Shown: in pieces, positions 1-10,822 of the stretch
How the letters are laid out: each line of letters opens with the position of its first letter
How positions within the stretch are numbered: the first letter of the stretch is position 1
Assembly (NCBI RefSeq): GCF_000973505.1
Contig: NZ_CP010048.1
Coordinates: 570,001 to 602,000, forward strand
DNA length: 32,000 bases
DNA from: Candidatus Saccharimonadota bacterium
Lineage (GTDB): Bacteria > Pseudomonadota > Gammaproteobacteria > Enterobacterales > Enterobacteriaceae
Reading direction: 5' to 3'
Made by a program: the position numbers and the translations under genes
The notes under the pieces: generated by a model
Told to the model about the DNA's origin: nothing
Seen by the model: only the letters and a program-made list of their open reading frames with translations
Databases searched by the model: none

Positions 1-861
1 TATCATTCCACCAGCATAATCTTCTAAAATTTCACGTGCAGTAATTCCAAAAGGAAATTCCCAAATTCCAGGATTATTCACATGTCCAGAAAATCCCATT
101 AATTTAGTACCGGTATCATTGCTTTTTCCCAAAGAAATCCCTTTATACCAATCTACACCATAATCTAAAATAGCAGGAAGATTACATAAAGTTTCAACAT
201 TATTTACACAAGTTGGCTTACCCCATATTCCCACATGGCTAGGAAAAGGAGGTTTAGCACGAGGAATAGGCCTTCGACCTTCTAAAGAATTAATTAAAGC
301 AGTCTCCTCTCCACAAATATAACGACCGGCTCCAGTATGTATAAATAACTCAAAATTAAAACCAGTACTAAGAATATTATCACCAATTAAACCAACATGG
401 GTTGCTTCATTAATAGCACGTTGTAAATATTTAGCTGATTCAATATATTCATAACGTAAAAAAATATAACCACGATGAGCTTGTATAGCATATGCCGCAA
501 TTAATATTCCTTCTATTAATAAATGAGGCATCCTTTCCATTAAAAAACGATCTTTATAAGTTCCAGGCTCCATCTCATCTGCATTACAAATTAAATAAGA
601 TACATGACGTGAAGAGACAGACTCTGGCATCATCATACTCCATTTTAATCCAGTCAAAAACCCTCCACCACCACGTCCCCGTAAACCTGAATTTTTTATT
701 AAAGTAATCACTTCACGAGAAGCAATAGAAAAAGCTTTTCGCATACCTCTATAACCATTTCTACCTTCATATTCAGCTAACCATACAGGCTGATGATCGT
801 CTCGAATCCTCCAAGTAAGCGGATGATATTCTGGAGTCCGAATAACATTTTTATTCTTCAT
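1..861 (-). CDS. nuoF: NADH-quinone oxidoreductase subunit F (NuoF), first ~287 codons; the 3' end runs off the left window edge
   Basis: My own minus-strand translation from ATG 861..859 gives [37 protein letters not shown]...[15 protein letters not shown]...[19 protein letters not shown], which carries the FMN/NADH-site motifs of NuoF. The ATG overlaps the nuoE stop (ATGA at 861..858). It is absent from the ORF track because it is open to the window edge. Confidence 0.93.
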   Translation of the reverse strand, partial: MKNKNVIRTPEYHPLTWRIRDDHQPVWLAEYEGRNGYRGMRKAFSIASREVITLIKNSGLRGRGGGGFLTGLKWSMMMPESVSSRHVSYLICNADEMEPGTYKDRFLMERMPHLLIEGILIAAYAIQAHRGYIFLRYEYIESAKYLQRAINEATHVGLIGDNILSTGFNFELFIHTGAGRYICGEETALINSLEGRRPIPRAKPPFPSHVGIWGKPTCVNNVETLCNLPAILDYGVDWYKGISLGKSNDTGTKLMGFSGHVNNPGIWEFPFGITAREILEDYAGGMI

Positions 862-1403
862 AAATACTTCTCTAACATTTCTGTAATATCCATAGATAAC
901 ACATGAGTATAAATATCATCATCTATCATAATCACTGGTGCACAATCACACTTCCCCAAACAAGAAACAGGAATCATAGTAAATCGATTATCTAATGTTG
1001 TTTCACCCGTTTTAATACATAAAAATTGTTCAAGCTTTATTTGAAAACTTTGACATCCAGAAATATAGCACACCACGCTATCACAAAATCGGATAATATG
1101 TCTACCAACAGGTTGACGAAAAATCTGATTATAAAATGTAGCTACACTTTCCACATCACTAACAGAAATTCTCAACATCTCAGCAATAGAAATAATTGCA
1201 CAATCCATAACCCAACCACAACGTTTTTGAACAATCTTTAATGAGGTAATCACAGCTGCTTGCAAATTTTCATAATGAGTAATTTCAGTTTGAATTTCTT
1301 GACATTCTTCTTTTGTAAAAGAAAAATCATTATCCAAACAACCAGACACCACCGAAACTGGCAATGTAATACAACCATTTAATTTATCATTCTTTTCATT
1401 CAT
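858..1403 (-). CDS. nuoE: NADH-quinone oxidoreductase subunit E (NuoE)
   Basis: The track ORF is 858..1439. It is collinear with E. coli NuoE, including the 2Fe-2S ligand contexts CDSVVC and [11 protein letters not shown] trimmed the start to ATG 1403..1401 (MNEKNDK...), 4 nt after the nuoC stop (TAG 1410..1408). The longer track form begins at a TTG inside nuoC, and ATG 1421 is an alternative. Confidence 0.9.
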   Translation of the reverse strand: MNEKNDKLNGCITLPVSVVSGCLDNDFSFTKEECQEIQTEITHYENLQAAVITSLKIVQKRCGWVMDCAIISIAEMLRISVSDVESVATFYNQIFRQPVGRHIIRFCDSVVCYISGCQSFQIKLEQFLCIKTGETTLDNRFTMIPVSCLGKCDCAPVIMIDDDIYTHVLSMDITEMLEKYL

Positions 1404-1407
1404 ATAA

Positions 1408-3174
1408 CTAACGATCCACATCTGACATAACAAAATCAATACTACCTAAATACGCAATCAAATCAGATATTACCCCACCCTGAATTACTGAAGAAATCTG
1501 TTGTAAATGAGGAAAACTAGGAGTACGAATACGAGTACGATAACTCATTGTTCCACCATCACTAATTAAATAATAACTATTAATACCTTTCGTAGCTTCA
1601 ACCATCTGAAACGATTCTCCAGGTGATATCACCGGGCCCCAAGAAACATGAAGAAAATGAGTAATTAATGTCTCAATGTGCTCTAACATACAATCTCGCA
1701 ATGGCGGAGTAGTTAATGGATGATCAGCTTTAAAAGGACCTTCAGGCATATTCTCTAAACACTGTGTTAATATATTTAAACTTTGATAAATCTCTTCTAC
1801 TTTTAACATCACTCGAGTATAACAATCACTAATACCATTACCTAATGGTATTTCAAAATTAAAGTTTTCATAACCAGAATAAGGACGACATTTACGTACA
1901 TCAAAATTAATACCAGTAGCACGTAATCCTGCACCAGTCACCCCCCAATTTATTGCTTCTTGAGCAGAATAACAAGCAACACCACAAGAACGACGGCGTA
2001 ATATACTATTTTTTAATGCTACTTCAATATACTTATTAATTCGCTTTGGTAACCAATTTAAACATTCTCTTAACACAGTATCCCAACCAATTGGTAAATC
2101 ATTCGCAACACCACCAATACGAAACCATGCTGGATGCATGCGCGCACCAGTAATCATCTCAATCACATCATATATTTTTTGGCGATCAGTAAATGCCAAA
2201 AATACTGGTGTCATACCACCTAAATCTTGTATGTAAGTACTAATATATAATAAATGACTATTAATACGAAATAATTCAGATAACATTACTCTAATAACCT
2301 GTACTCGAGCAGGAACAACAATATCAGCTAATTTCTCCACCGCCAATATATAAGGCATTTCATTAACACAGCCTCCAAGATATTCAACCCGATCAGTATA
2401 AGGAATGTAACTGTGCCAAGATTGACGTTCTCCCATTTTTTCAGCACCTCGATGGTGATAACCAATATCAGGCAAACAATTAAGAATCTCCTCACCATTT
2501 AATTGTAATAATATACGAAATATTCCATGCACCGAAGGGTGATTAGGGCCTAAATTAAGAAACATGAAATCTTCATTTATATTGCTACGCACCATCCCCC
2601 AATCTTCTGGTTGAAATACCAAAGACTCCATCTCTTGAATTTCCTTTTGTCGAGTCAACACGAAAGGATCAAATTCTGTAGCCCTCGCGGGATAATGTTT
2701 TTGCAAAGGATGACCTTCCCACGTCTTTGGAAGTAATATTCGAGTTAAATAAGGATGCCCATCAAACAATATCCCAAACATATCCCAAACTTCTCTCTCA
2801 TACCAATTAGCATTAAAAAATAAATTAGTGATCGTTGGTAATGACATAGACATCTCTGACACAGCTACTTTAATTATAATATCACAATTACGTTCAATAG
2901 ATATTAAATGATAAAACACAGTAAAATCCATTACAGGTAATACATCCTGTTTCTGTTTATAAACCCGCAACCTTTCATCTATTCCATGTAAATCATATAA
3001 CATATTATAGGGTTTTCGTAACCCCTTTAAAAATTTTAAAACTATGATAAGTTGATTACGATGTACCCAAAGTACTGGACAGCCGATCAGAGTATCCTGT
3101 AGAACACCAATATCCTTCCCGAAATGATTAAATAATTCTATAACTAACAGATCGTCATAACACTTCATTATCAA
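1408..3174 (-). CDS. nuoC: NADH-quinone oxidoreductase subunit C/D (fused NuoCD)
   Basis: This 588-aa ORF is collinear with the fused NuoCD of Enterobacterales ([37 protein letters not shown]-terminal FVMSDVDR). The first codon in the track is TTG (3174..3172). ATG 3168..3166 is an equally plausible start. Confidence 0.95.
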   Translation of the reverse strand: MIMKCYDDLLVIELFNHFGKDIGVLQDTLIGCPVLWVHRNQLIIVLKFLKGLRKPYNMLYDLHGIDERLRVYKQKQDVLPVMDFTVFYHLISIERNCDIIIKVAVSEMSMSLPTITNLFFNANWYEREVWDMFGILFDGHPYLTRILLPKTWEGHPLQKHYPARATEFDPFVLTRQKEIQEMESLVFQPEDWGMVRSNINEDFMFLNLGPNHPSVHGIFRILLQLNGEEILNCLPDIGYHHRGAEKMGERQSWHSYIPYTDRVEYLGGCVNEMPYILAVEKLADIVVPARVQVIRVMLSELFRINSHLLYISTYIQDLGGMTPVFLAFTDRQKIYDVIEMITGARMHPAWFRIGGVANDLPIGWDTVLRECLNWLPKRINKYIEVALKNSILRRRSCGVACYSAQEAINWGVTGAGLRATGINFDVRKCRPYSGYENFNFEIPLGNGISDCYTRVMLKVEEIYQSLNILTQCLENMPEGPFKADHPLTTPPLRDCMLEHIETLITHFLHVSWGPVISPGESFQMVEATKGINSYYLISDGGTMSYRTRIRTPSFPHLQQISSVIQGGVISDLIAYLGSIDFVMSDVDR

Positions 3175-3352
3175 AACAATCTCTAATATGAATAACGATA
3201 CTCATCATTAACACTGATAAATATATAATATACATTAATTCATTACCCACAACTATACATGACTATCACACCAACCATCACTGCATAACATAATAACAAC
3301 CCAATACAAAAAACAAAGCAAACACATTTCTAATAATAATACACTAATCACA

Positions 3353-4018
3353 CTAATCATTAACATCTGATGGAATAGTTCTAGAACGTTTAACATATTT
3401 CTTAGACTTTAAATTTGCGCGATACACCCCTTGATCACCAATAATCCAAGATAAAGGGCGGCGTTCTTTACCAATAGACTTTTTTAATAACAATAAAGCA
3501 TCGATATATGCCTCTGGCCTAGGAGGACAACCCGGTATATAAATATCAACAGGCAAAAATTTATCGACACCTTGAACTACAGAATAAATATCATACATCC
3601 CCCCAGAATTTGCACAAGCACCCATAGAAATTACCCATTTAGGCTCTAACATTTGATCGTACAATCGTTGAATAATTGGAGCCATTTTAATAAATGGGGT
3701 CCCGGCAATAACCATGAAATCCGCTTGACGAGGAGAAATACGTAACACTTCTGAACCAAAACGTGCAACATCATGTACTGAAGTAAAAGCAGTAGTCATT
3801 TCCACATAACAACAAGACAAACCAAAATTATAAGGCCATAACGAATTTCCACGGCCCCAATTGATTATATTATGTAATGCATACATTACTTTTCCAAAAA
3901 ATACACTACGTTGAAGATATTTCTCCAATGGATCATCAGTCACTAAACTCCTTGAACTAAAAGGATAAGCGCTTTCATTATTAAAATTCTGAGATACATG
4001 TGTAAGAGTATAACGCAT
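3353..4018 (-). CDS. nuoB: NADH-quinone oxidoreductase subunit B (NuoB)
   Basis: This 221-aa protein is very close to E. coli NuoB. The cluster-N2 cysteine contexts [17 protein letters not shown] and PGCPPRPE are present. AAGGA lies 8 nt upstream of the ATG. Confidence 0.95.
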   Translation of the reverse strand: MRYTLTHVSQNFNNESAYPFSSRSLVTDDPLEKYLQRSVFFGKVMYALHNIINWGRGNSLWPYNFGLSCCYVEMTTAFTSVHDVARFGSEVLRISPRQADFMVIAGTPFIKMAPIIQRLYDQMLEPKWVISMGACANSGGMYDIYSVVQGVDKFLPVDIYIPGCPPRPEAYIDALLLLKKSIGKERRPLSWIIGDQGVYRANLKSKKYVKRSRTIPSDVND

Positions 4019-4231
4019 CTTAATATTCCTTAACCTAAATCATATGAGTATATTTATTACAATAAATATCATCAACACTAAAATAATATACCTATAAAAA
4101 AACACGCTCAATATTATGTCTAAATATATCACTTAATATACAAAATTAATACACCATTAATAAAAATCTTATTAAACAGTAAATACCAAAATCACCAAAA
4201 ATATAAATAACACCCTACAAACACATTATCA

Positions 4232-4618
4232 TTAAAAACTCTTTTTCCAATTCAAAACATCCATGAAAACTAAATATATTAAACCTAATAACAAAATAAA
4301 AACAAATACTACAACTTCCATCAATCCCAACCAACCAACCTCACGAATCACAATTGACCAAATATAAAGATACAAAGCTTCAGCATCAAAAATAATAAAA
4401 CACATCCCAAGTAAATAAAATTTTATTGAAAATCGTAATCGAGCGGTTCCAATCGGTCCTATACCTGATTCAAAAGGCTCATTTCTCGAATGAGAGGATA
4501 CAGAACGACCACCTAATAAATACCCCATTAACAACATAACAACAGATAAAAATAAAATACTAAAAAAAAATACAAAAAAACAAACACTATGAATATTAAT
4601 CGACGGAATAAATAACAT
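4232..4618 (-). CDS. nuoA: NADH-quinone oxidoreductase subunit A (NuoA)
   Basis: This 128-aa, three-helix membrane protein carries the NuoA motifs PFESGI and FDAEALYL. It is the first gene of the nuo cluster. AGGA lies about 11 nt upstream of the ATG. Confidence 0.9.
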   Translation of the reverse strand: MLFIPSINIHSVCFFVFFFSILFLSVVMLLMGYLLGGRSVSSHSRNEPFESGIGPIGTARLRFSIKFYLLGMCFIIFDAEALYLYIWSIVIREVGWLGLMEVVVFVFILLLGLIYLVFMDVLNWKKSF

Positions 4619-4737
4619 TTTTACTAAATTCCTAGCATACGAACATTAAATATACTAAACGTCAGAAACATATACACCCCACAAATTATAATTATTTTAT
4701 TGATAAAATAACGACAACAAAATTAAATATAGTGCAT

Positions 4738-4753
4738 TACAATTATAATTGTA
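4738..4753. repeat. 16-bp perfect palindrome TACAATTATAATTGTA, 120 nt upstream of the nuoA ATG
   Basis: I checked it base by base: 4738-4753 pairs T-A, A-T, C-G, A-T, A-T, T-A, T-A, A-T. The sequence fact is certain. Any function as an operator or promoter element is unknown. Confidence 0.5.
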
Positions 4754-4998
4754 CATGTATCATGAAATTTATCAACCAAATCAAACAGAACCATTGCACA
4801 CATCAACATTAACCCACAAATACAACCAAAAAAACTGAAATATTTAAATAAAAAGTTTTGATTGTACCAAAAAAATCAATAAAACAAACTATTTCATCAA
4901 ACACATAAATAAAATAATTAACTAAAATATCTATAATATAAAAATATTTTTGAACATACTATCTGCATTGCATAGCAGCATAGCATATATACCTTATC

Positions 4999-5613
4999 TC
5001 AGTTGTGAATATTTGGCAATTGTCTTATCTTACCAAAAAGACCACTTAAAGAATACAAATCATCTAATAAACATTCTAAATCCTTTTTTACATAACTCGG
5101 ACCAACAAAAATACGAACAAGCTCCCCTGATTTAGGCTCGCGAGGAGATATATATACTAAATAATTATGCATTTTTAACTTATCAACAATCTCAAACACT
5201 TTTTTAGAATTTCTTAAAGCACCTAATTGTATCACCCAATAAACCCGATCTTTTGCTAAATCTAATTCTAAAATCGTAGTAGTACTTGTTATCACATCAG
5301 AATTTAACAAAACACATGATTGATGCATTATTTTATCCAATAAAATACTAGCACTATCACATATTTTTTTTTTTATATTACACATTGAAAAAATATTTAA
5401 ACACTCATTTTCAATGCTAATGTTCTTAAATAAGAAAAAAAATAAGTTAAATGAATTATCTATTTTACCTAATGATGTATCATTGAAAACTTTACATCCA
5501 GAACTCTTAACTTCTCTAATTGATTTACAATACTCAATTTCAGAAATTAACGGAAAATTACAATACGAATCTTCGGTAAAAATCTTATGACCATTATGTA
5601 ATACTAACAACAT
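4999..5613 (-). CDS. dedD: SPOR-domain cell-division protein DedD (ATG-initiated model; the true start is probably upstream at 5667 or 5658, see findings)
   Basis: The C-terminal 80 aa (YWVIQLGALRNSKKVFEIVDKLKMHNYLVYISPREPKSGELVRIFVGPSYVKKDLECLLDDLYSLSGLFGKI) align with the E. coli DedD SPOR domain. Its position directly downstream of folC matches E. coli accD-folC-dedD. The N-terminal and central region is poorly conserved. Confidence 0.75.
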   Translation of the reverse strand: MLLVLHNGHKIFTEDSYCNFPLISEIEYCKSIREVKSSGCKVFNDTSLGKIDNSFNLFFFLFKNISIENECLNIFSMCNIKKKICDSASILLDKIMHQSCVLLNSDVITSTTTILELDLAKDRVYWVIQLGALRNSKKVFEIVDKLKMHNYLVYISPREPKSGELVRIFVGPSYVKKDLECLLDDLYSLSGLFGKIRQLPNIHN

Positions 5614-5685
5614 AACTACAGTATTTAAAATGAAAAAAATAATAGAAAAAAACTTTATTTTTAAAATACACTCACCTAAACATAT

Positions 5686-6939
5686 TTAATGTATTAATTG
5701 AAGTACCGGAGCTACAGTATGAAAAGAACCAAAAACAACTATACAATCCTCAACATAAGCATCCAATAATGCCTGATTAAAAGCATCACAAACATTAACA
5801 AATTCTCGAAAAACTGAAGTAGTATCTTTCATACAAGACACTAAATGGGATGAAGAAACTCCTAATGAACAATTTAAAGACACTAAATACCATACTGGCA
5901 TTAATTCATCAAATACACGCAAAGTATCAAAAATATTTTTGCTACTTAACATACCCACGATTAATCTAAATCTTCCTAATACATTCATCATTTTCAATCG
6001 TCCAAATAAATAATTAGCTCCGTGAGGATTATGCGCTACATCCAAAATTACAACAGGGCGCTCTGAAACAATTTGAAAACGCCCAGGCAACACAGCTGTA
6101 GTTAAAGCATAATCTATAGATTTCCTAGAAATTGAAAATGGTAAACAAGAAATTGTAGCCAATGCTACAGCAGCATTTTCTATAGGAATATGGGGAAATG
6201 GTAACAAATCTAAAACATAATATTGATTCCACCATCGCCATGTTTGTTTATTAATCTCTATATTAAATAACCAATCATCATATTTAATAAACGGAACAGC
6301 ACCATACCAATCAAATATAATGTTTCTCAAAATATTATGATAACTGAAATCACCTACTATAGCAGGCTTACCAGATCGAAAAATACCAAACTTCTCTTTT
6401 GCAATACTCATATAATCAGTGCCTAATAAATCGGTATGATCAATTCCAATATTAGTAACTACAGATACATCAGCATTGATAATGTTAGTAGCATCTAATC
6501 TACCCCCCACGCCAACCTCAAGAATCACCACATCTAATTTTGCATGTTTTAACAAATATAAACTTGACAAAGTAGTAAACTCGAAATAAGTCAATGATAC
6601 AGAACGCACTCCTTCGATAATAGCTAACGCTTGAATATGTAACGACTCCAACAAGAATTGTCCGTTAATGCGTACCCGTTCAACATAAGACAATAAATGT
6701 GGAGAACTATAAACACCTACACTCATACCATGACGCAACAAAATATTCTCTAACAAACAACATGTAGTTCCTTTTCCATTTGTTCCTCCTACAATAATCA
6801 CAACAGGTGCAAGATCTAATAAATCAAGTTTAATTGCAATATCTTGAACACGATCAAGTCCCAAATCAACAGATTTAGTATGCAAATTTTCGATATAACA
6901 TAACCAATCTTGTAAAGATAATATCTTGTCCATAAACAC
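5686..6939 (-). CDS. folC: Bifunctional folylpolyglutamate synthase / dihydrofolate synthase (FolC)
   Basis: This 417-aa protein is collinear with E. coli FolC (WLCYIENLH, P-loop GGTNGKGTT, GVYSSPHL, EVGVGGRLDATN, DVAHNPHGA). The track start is GTG 6939; ATG 6933 (MDKILSL...) is an alternative. Confidence 0.93.
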   Translation of the reverse strand: MFMDKILSLQDWLCYIENLHTKSVDLGLDRVQDIAIKLDLLDLAPVVIIVGGTNGKGTTCCLLENILLRHGMSVGVYSSPHLLSYVERVRINGQFLLESLHIQALAIIEGVRSVSLTYFEFTTLSSLYLLKHAKLDVVILEVGVGGRLDATNIINADVSVVTNIGIDHTDLLGTDYMSIAKEKFGIFRSGKPAIVGDFSYHNILRNIIFDWYGAVPFIKYDDWLFNIEINKQTWRWWNQYYVLDLLPFPHIPIENAAVALATISCLPFSISRKSIDYALTTAVLPGRFQIVSERPVVILDVAHNPHGANYLFGRLKMMNVLGRFRLIVGMLSSKNIFDTLRVFDELMPVWYLVSLNCSLGVSSSHLVSCMKDTTSVFREFVNVCDAFNQALLDAYVEDCIVVFGSFHTVAPVLQLIH

Positions 6940-7079
6940 TACTACGATATATAAAAATCAAATATACACACCAAAATAACCATCAAAACTACATTATTAG
7001 CTAACCAATAATATACACTATTTTAAATAAACAACACATAATAAAACTGACATTCTAATAACATTATATTGAACATTTC

Positions 7080-7946
7080 TTATAAACCTTTTGGTTTGGG
7101 ATGCTGAGTCAGCTTGGCCAACAAATTAGCTACACGAAACCGCATCTCCGGCCTACGTATAATCAAATCAATCGCACCTTTTTCTAATAAAAATTCGCTT
7201 CTCTGAAACATATCAGGCAATTTTTCACGTACTGTTTGCTCAATTACTCTCCGTCCAGCAAAACCTATCATGGCACGAGGTTCAGCAATATTCAAATCAC
7301 CCAACATACCTAAACTAGCTGAAACCCCACCCATAGTAGGATTAGTTAATACAGAAATATAAGGTAAACACCTCTCATATAACTTAGCCAATGCAGCACT
7401 GGTTCTCGCCATTTGCATCAAAGATATCAATGCTTCTTGCATACGAGCTCCACCACTTGCGGAAAAACAAATCAATGGACAATCATTTTCTAATGCTCGA
7501 TTAACTCCACAAACAAAACGAGCACCAACCGCTGATGACATAGAACCACCAATAAATACAAATTCAAAAGCAGCAACCACCACCTGCATACCATATAATC
7601 TTCCCTCCATTACTACTAACGCATCTTTTTCATTAGTAACCTTTTGAGCAAGAAGTAAACGATCTTTATATTTTTTTAAATCCTTAAATTTTAAAATATC
7701 CCGAGGTTGTAAATCTATACCTAATTCTAATCCTGTCCCAGTATCTAAAAATGATTCTAAACGAACACGAGCCGATATATTCATATGATAATCGCACTTT
7801 GGACAAACTTCCAAATTTCTCTGCAATTCAGCACGATACAAAAGCTGATTACAATCAGTACACTTGGTCCATATTCCTTCAGGAACGCTCGATCTACGAG
7901 CTAAAATAATAATATTTTTATTAAATACACGCTCAATCCAACTCAT
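7080..7946 (-). CDS. accD: Acetyl-CoA carboxylase carboxyltransferase beta subunit (AccD)
   Basis: This 288-aa protein starts MSWIERV... It has the N-terminal zinc ribbon CTDC...CPKC and a conserved carboxyltransferase core ([17 protein letters not shown]). Confidence 0.95.
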   Translation of the reverse strand: MSWIERVFNKNIIILARRSSVPEGIWTKCTDCNQLLYRAELQRNLEVCPKCDYHMNISARVRLESFLDTGTGLELGIDLQPRDILKFKDLKKYKDRLLLAQKVTNEKDALVVMEGRLYGMQVVVAAFEFVFIGGSMSSAVGARFVCGVNRALENDCPLICFSASGGARMQEALISLMQMARTSAALAKLYERCLPYISVLTNPTMGGVSASLGMLGDLNIAEPRAMIGFAGRRVIEQTVREKLPDMFQRSEFLLEKGAIDLIIRRPEMRFRVANLLAKLTQHPKPKGL

Positions 7947-8044
7947 AATCTAATATCCATACCATAATTTATTTAACATATAATTCAATATATAAACGTA
8001 ACAACAAAATACTATTGCCTTATTAAAATATTATAGATACAATT

Positions 8045-8836
8045 TTACAAAAAAAATAATTCTTTATAATTATCTCTAACATCTGGGAAAAAATAATACG
8101 ATGGATATTCTATTTTTATCAAATACAAACCATCGGAAGCAATCATTGTTCCTGCCAAAGATCTATCTCGTAATAATAATAATTCAGTAATCCAACCTAC
8201 TGGACGATTACCACAACCCACTTCAACTAAACTACCTATAATATTACGAATCATATTATGTAAAAACGCATTAGCTTGAATTTCAATGATTACATAATAT
8301 CCATATCGAAATATTGATAAAAAATGCACATTACGATAAAAAGATAATGATTGGGATTTTGAAGTACAAAACGATGAAAAATCTTTTTCCCCTAATAAAC
8401 ATTGAGCTGCATCCCTCATTTTTTCAATATTTAAAAATTTTTTATAATAACCAACTCTTTTGGTAAATAAAGCTGATCGAGTATCAGAATTATAAATAAT
8501 ATATCTGTACCTTCTTGATACAGCACTAAATCTGGCATGGAAATATATATCAGGTGACTCAATAATCCAACGAACAACAATATCAGCAGGCAAATTGCTA
8601 TTAATGCCAGACATCCATGAAAAACATGATCGAAAAATATTTGTATTAAAATGAACGACCTGACACACAGCATGAACACCAGTATCAGTTCTACTAGCAC
8701 AAAAAACATTTACTGCTTCATTGGCCACTACCGAAATTGCATTCTCCAGACATTCTTGAATGGTCAACACATCTTTTTGACGTTGCCAGCCAAAATAAGC
8801 AGAACCATTATATTCTATTCCTAATATTAACTTCAT
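8045..8836 (-). CDS. truA: tRNA pseudouridine(38-40) synthase (TruA)
   Basis: This 263-aa protein carries GIEYNGSAYFGWQRQ and the catalytic Asp motif ASRTDTGVHA. Its position between accD and pdxB matches E. coli. Confidence 0.93.
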   Translation of the reverse strand: MKLILGIEYNGSAYFGWQRQKDVLTIQECLENAISVVANEAVNVFCASRTDTGVHAVCQVVHFNTNIFRSCFSWMSGINSNLPADIVVRWIIESPDIYFHARFSAVSRRYRYIIYNSDTRSALFTKRVGYYKKFLNIEKMRDAAQCLLGEKDFSSFCTSKSQSLSFYRNVHFLSIFRYGYYVIIEIQANAFLHNMIRNIIGSLVEVGCGNRPVGWITELLLLRDRSLAGTMIASDGLYLIKIEYPSYYFFPDVRDNYKELFFL

Positions 8837-9234
8837 TAAAAAAATATATATCCTGCATACAGCATATTAAAAAAACTTTAACAATCATTAAAAATGATAA
8901 CAAAAAATTTTATAAAAATATCACATACAAAACTGTTATTTAAATTACAAACCAATAAAACAACACTTCGAATCACATAAAATCATCAAATATATAAAAA
9001 CATATAAATACACAAAAAAACTAATATCAAAAAACATATAATCATACAATGCTATATATTATTAAATAACAATCTCATTAATCTCTTCAAATAATTAATT
9101 ACATAATCACAACCTTACAAAATATGTCAATAATCAAAAACCTAAACCAAGAACATCAAATAAAATCAAAACAAATAAATTCTATAAATATTATTTTTAA
9201 CTTGGAAAATATATTCTCTACAATGATAAAACCA

Positions 9235-10365
9235 TTAAATACATATACTATTAAAACCAAGAGCTTTAAATCTTTCAACAAAAACACTCTTAGATGATTT
9301 CACGCAAATCGAAGACCATTCTCTACGACTAATATATTCTTGACGCAATTGATCGAATACATTAGGCTGACCAATACTACAACGCAATCTGATATCATCA
9401 ATAGTAATATTATATATAAAATTCGACAAACAAAACAAAATTTCTTGATTAATATCTTCATATATCTCAAAATAATCCGTGATAGAAAATAATGATGGAA
9501 TATAATTATTATATTCATTATTAATACCCAAAAAAACTTTATAAGCATCAAATATCTGCATTATACCCCGGATTTTTCCTTCAAATGTAGAACCAGCAAT
9601 ATGTGGGGTGCCAAGATCAACAAAACGCAATAATGGCCATAGTAATTCAGGTTCATTTTCCCAAACATCTAAAATAACACTTAATTTTTTACCACCCTTT
9701 AATGCTTCCCATAAAGCAAAATTATCAAAAACAGAACCACGAGAAGTATTGACTAGCACTCGAATATCCGACAATGATTCTATTACATCAGCATTTACCA
9801 TATGCCATGTAGCATATGGACCATCTACAACTAATGGGACATGAAAAGTAAGAATATCTGACTCAGAAATAACTTTTTCAAAAGAACAAAAATCACTATA
9901 ATTATCACTCGATTTTACTAACAATGGATCACATAACAAAGTGGAAACCCCAAAAAATCTAAGCTTTTTATACAAATAATTACCAATGTTGCCTACTCCA
10001 ATAATCCCAATAACTTTATCACATAAAAAAAAACAATCACGTTGTGCCAACCACAACAAAGCAGAAAAAACATACTCCGACACAGCAATAGCATTGCATC
10101 CCGCCGCTGATGCAAAGGCGATAGAAGAATTCAACAAATAATCCTGATCCACATGATCAACCCCTGACGTTACTGTACCAACAAATTTTACCGAAGTATC
10201 CAGCAATAATTTATCATCTACCTTAGTTATCGATCTAACTATTAACGCATCTGCTTTTCTTAAAGAATCACAAGTAATGTCACGACCAGATAATAATTGA
10301 ACATCACCAAATTGATTAAATAACTCATAGGCATACGGAATATTTTTATCTATTACAATTTTCAC
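9235..10365 (-). CDS. pdxB: Erythronate-4-phosphate dehydrogenase (PdxB)
   Basis: This 376-aa protein starts MKIVIDKNIPYAYELF, like E. coli MKILVDENMPYA. It has the NAD fold GIIGVGNIG and HIAGST. The start is GTG (10365..10363), with AGGG 5 nt upstream and no in-frame ATG upstream. Confidence 0.92.
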   Translation of the reverse strand: MKIVIDKNIPYAYELFNQFGDVQLLSGRDITCDSLRKADALIVRSITKVDDKLLLDTSVKFVGTVTSGVDHVDQDYLLNSSIAFASAAGCNAIAVSEYVFSALLWLAQRDCFFLCDKVIGIIGVGNIGNYLYKKLRFFGVSTLLCDPLLVKSSDNYSDFCSFEKVISESDILTFHVPLVVDGPYATWHMVNADVIESLSDIRVLVNTSRGSVFDNFALWEALKGGKKLSVILDVWENEPELLWPLLRFVDLGTPHIAGSTFEGKIRGIMQIFDAYKVFLGINNEYNNYIPSLFSITDYFEIYEDINQEILFCLSNFIYNITIDDIRLRCSIGQPNVFDQLRQEYISRREWSSICVKSSKSVFVERFKALGFNSICI

Positions 10366-10822
10366 ATCAACCCTAAAACATTAACAACTATTAATATAAA
10401 AATTCAATCAAAAATTACGATCTTACTACAATATTTCATATCACATTCTAAACTCTTAAAAAAATCTACTAACTATATACATGATTACATTCCACATTCT
10501 ATCCATACAACATATAAATAAAGACCTCAAACAAAGCAAAGTATATTAAAATTATAACACTACAACATAAAATATGTTACACGTACTTACTGACTAATAT
10601 AAATGATTACTAAAAAAATTAGTTCAAAAATAAAAAAACTATCCTAATTATCCAACAATTAAAACAACTGTAATACACATGTAAGATGAAACACAATCTC
10701 CAAATCTTCAAAAAAAAATTTTAACTTAACAATCACAACTTAATTAGTTTTAAAAAAACCCTCAAAATGAACAACCATATATTTTGAAATATAAACACAT
10801 CAAACATACTTTATGATTACCG

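Noticed and set aside
8431-8709. ORFs nested or antisense inside real genes. One is at 8431-8709. The others are at 492-707, 1026-1241, 4950-5135, 8737-8943, 9300-9551 and 9608-9844. Further ones are at 11305-11496, 13886-14098, 14277-14531, 16632-16886, 17679-17870 and 19851-20120. The rest are at 22391-22600, 22731-22946, 24311-24565, 25271-25552, 27091-27405, 30999-31202, 31295-31585 and 31578-31841.
   Set aside because: Each lies wholly or mostly within a strongly conserved gene in another frame or strand. Their low-complexity translations have no recognisable motifs, and several start at non-ATG codons. This is the pattern expected of frame-shadow ORFs in a compositionally skewed genome.
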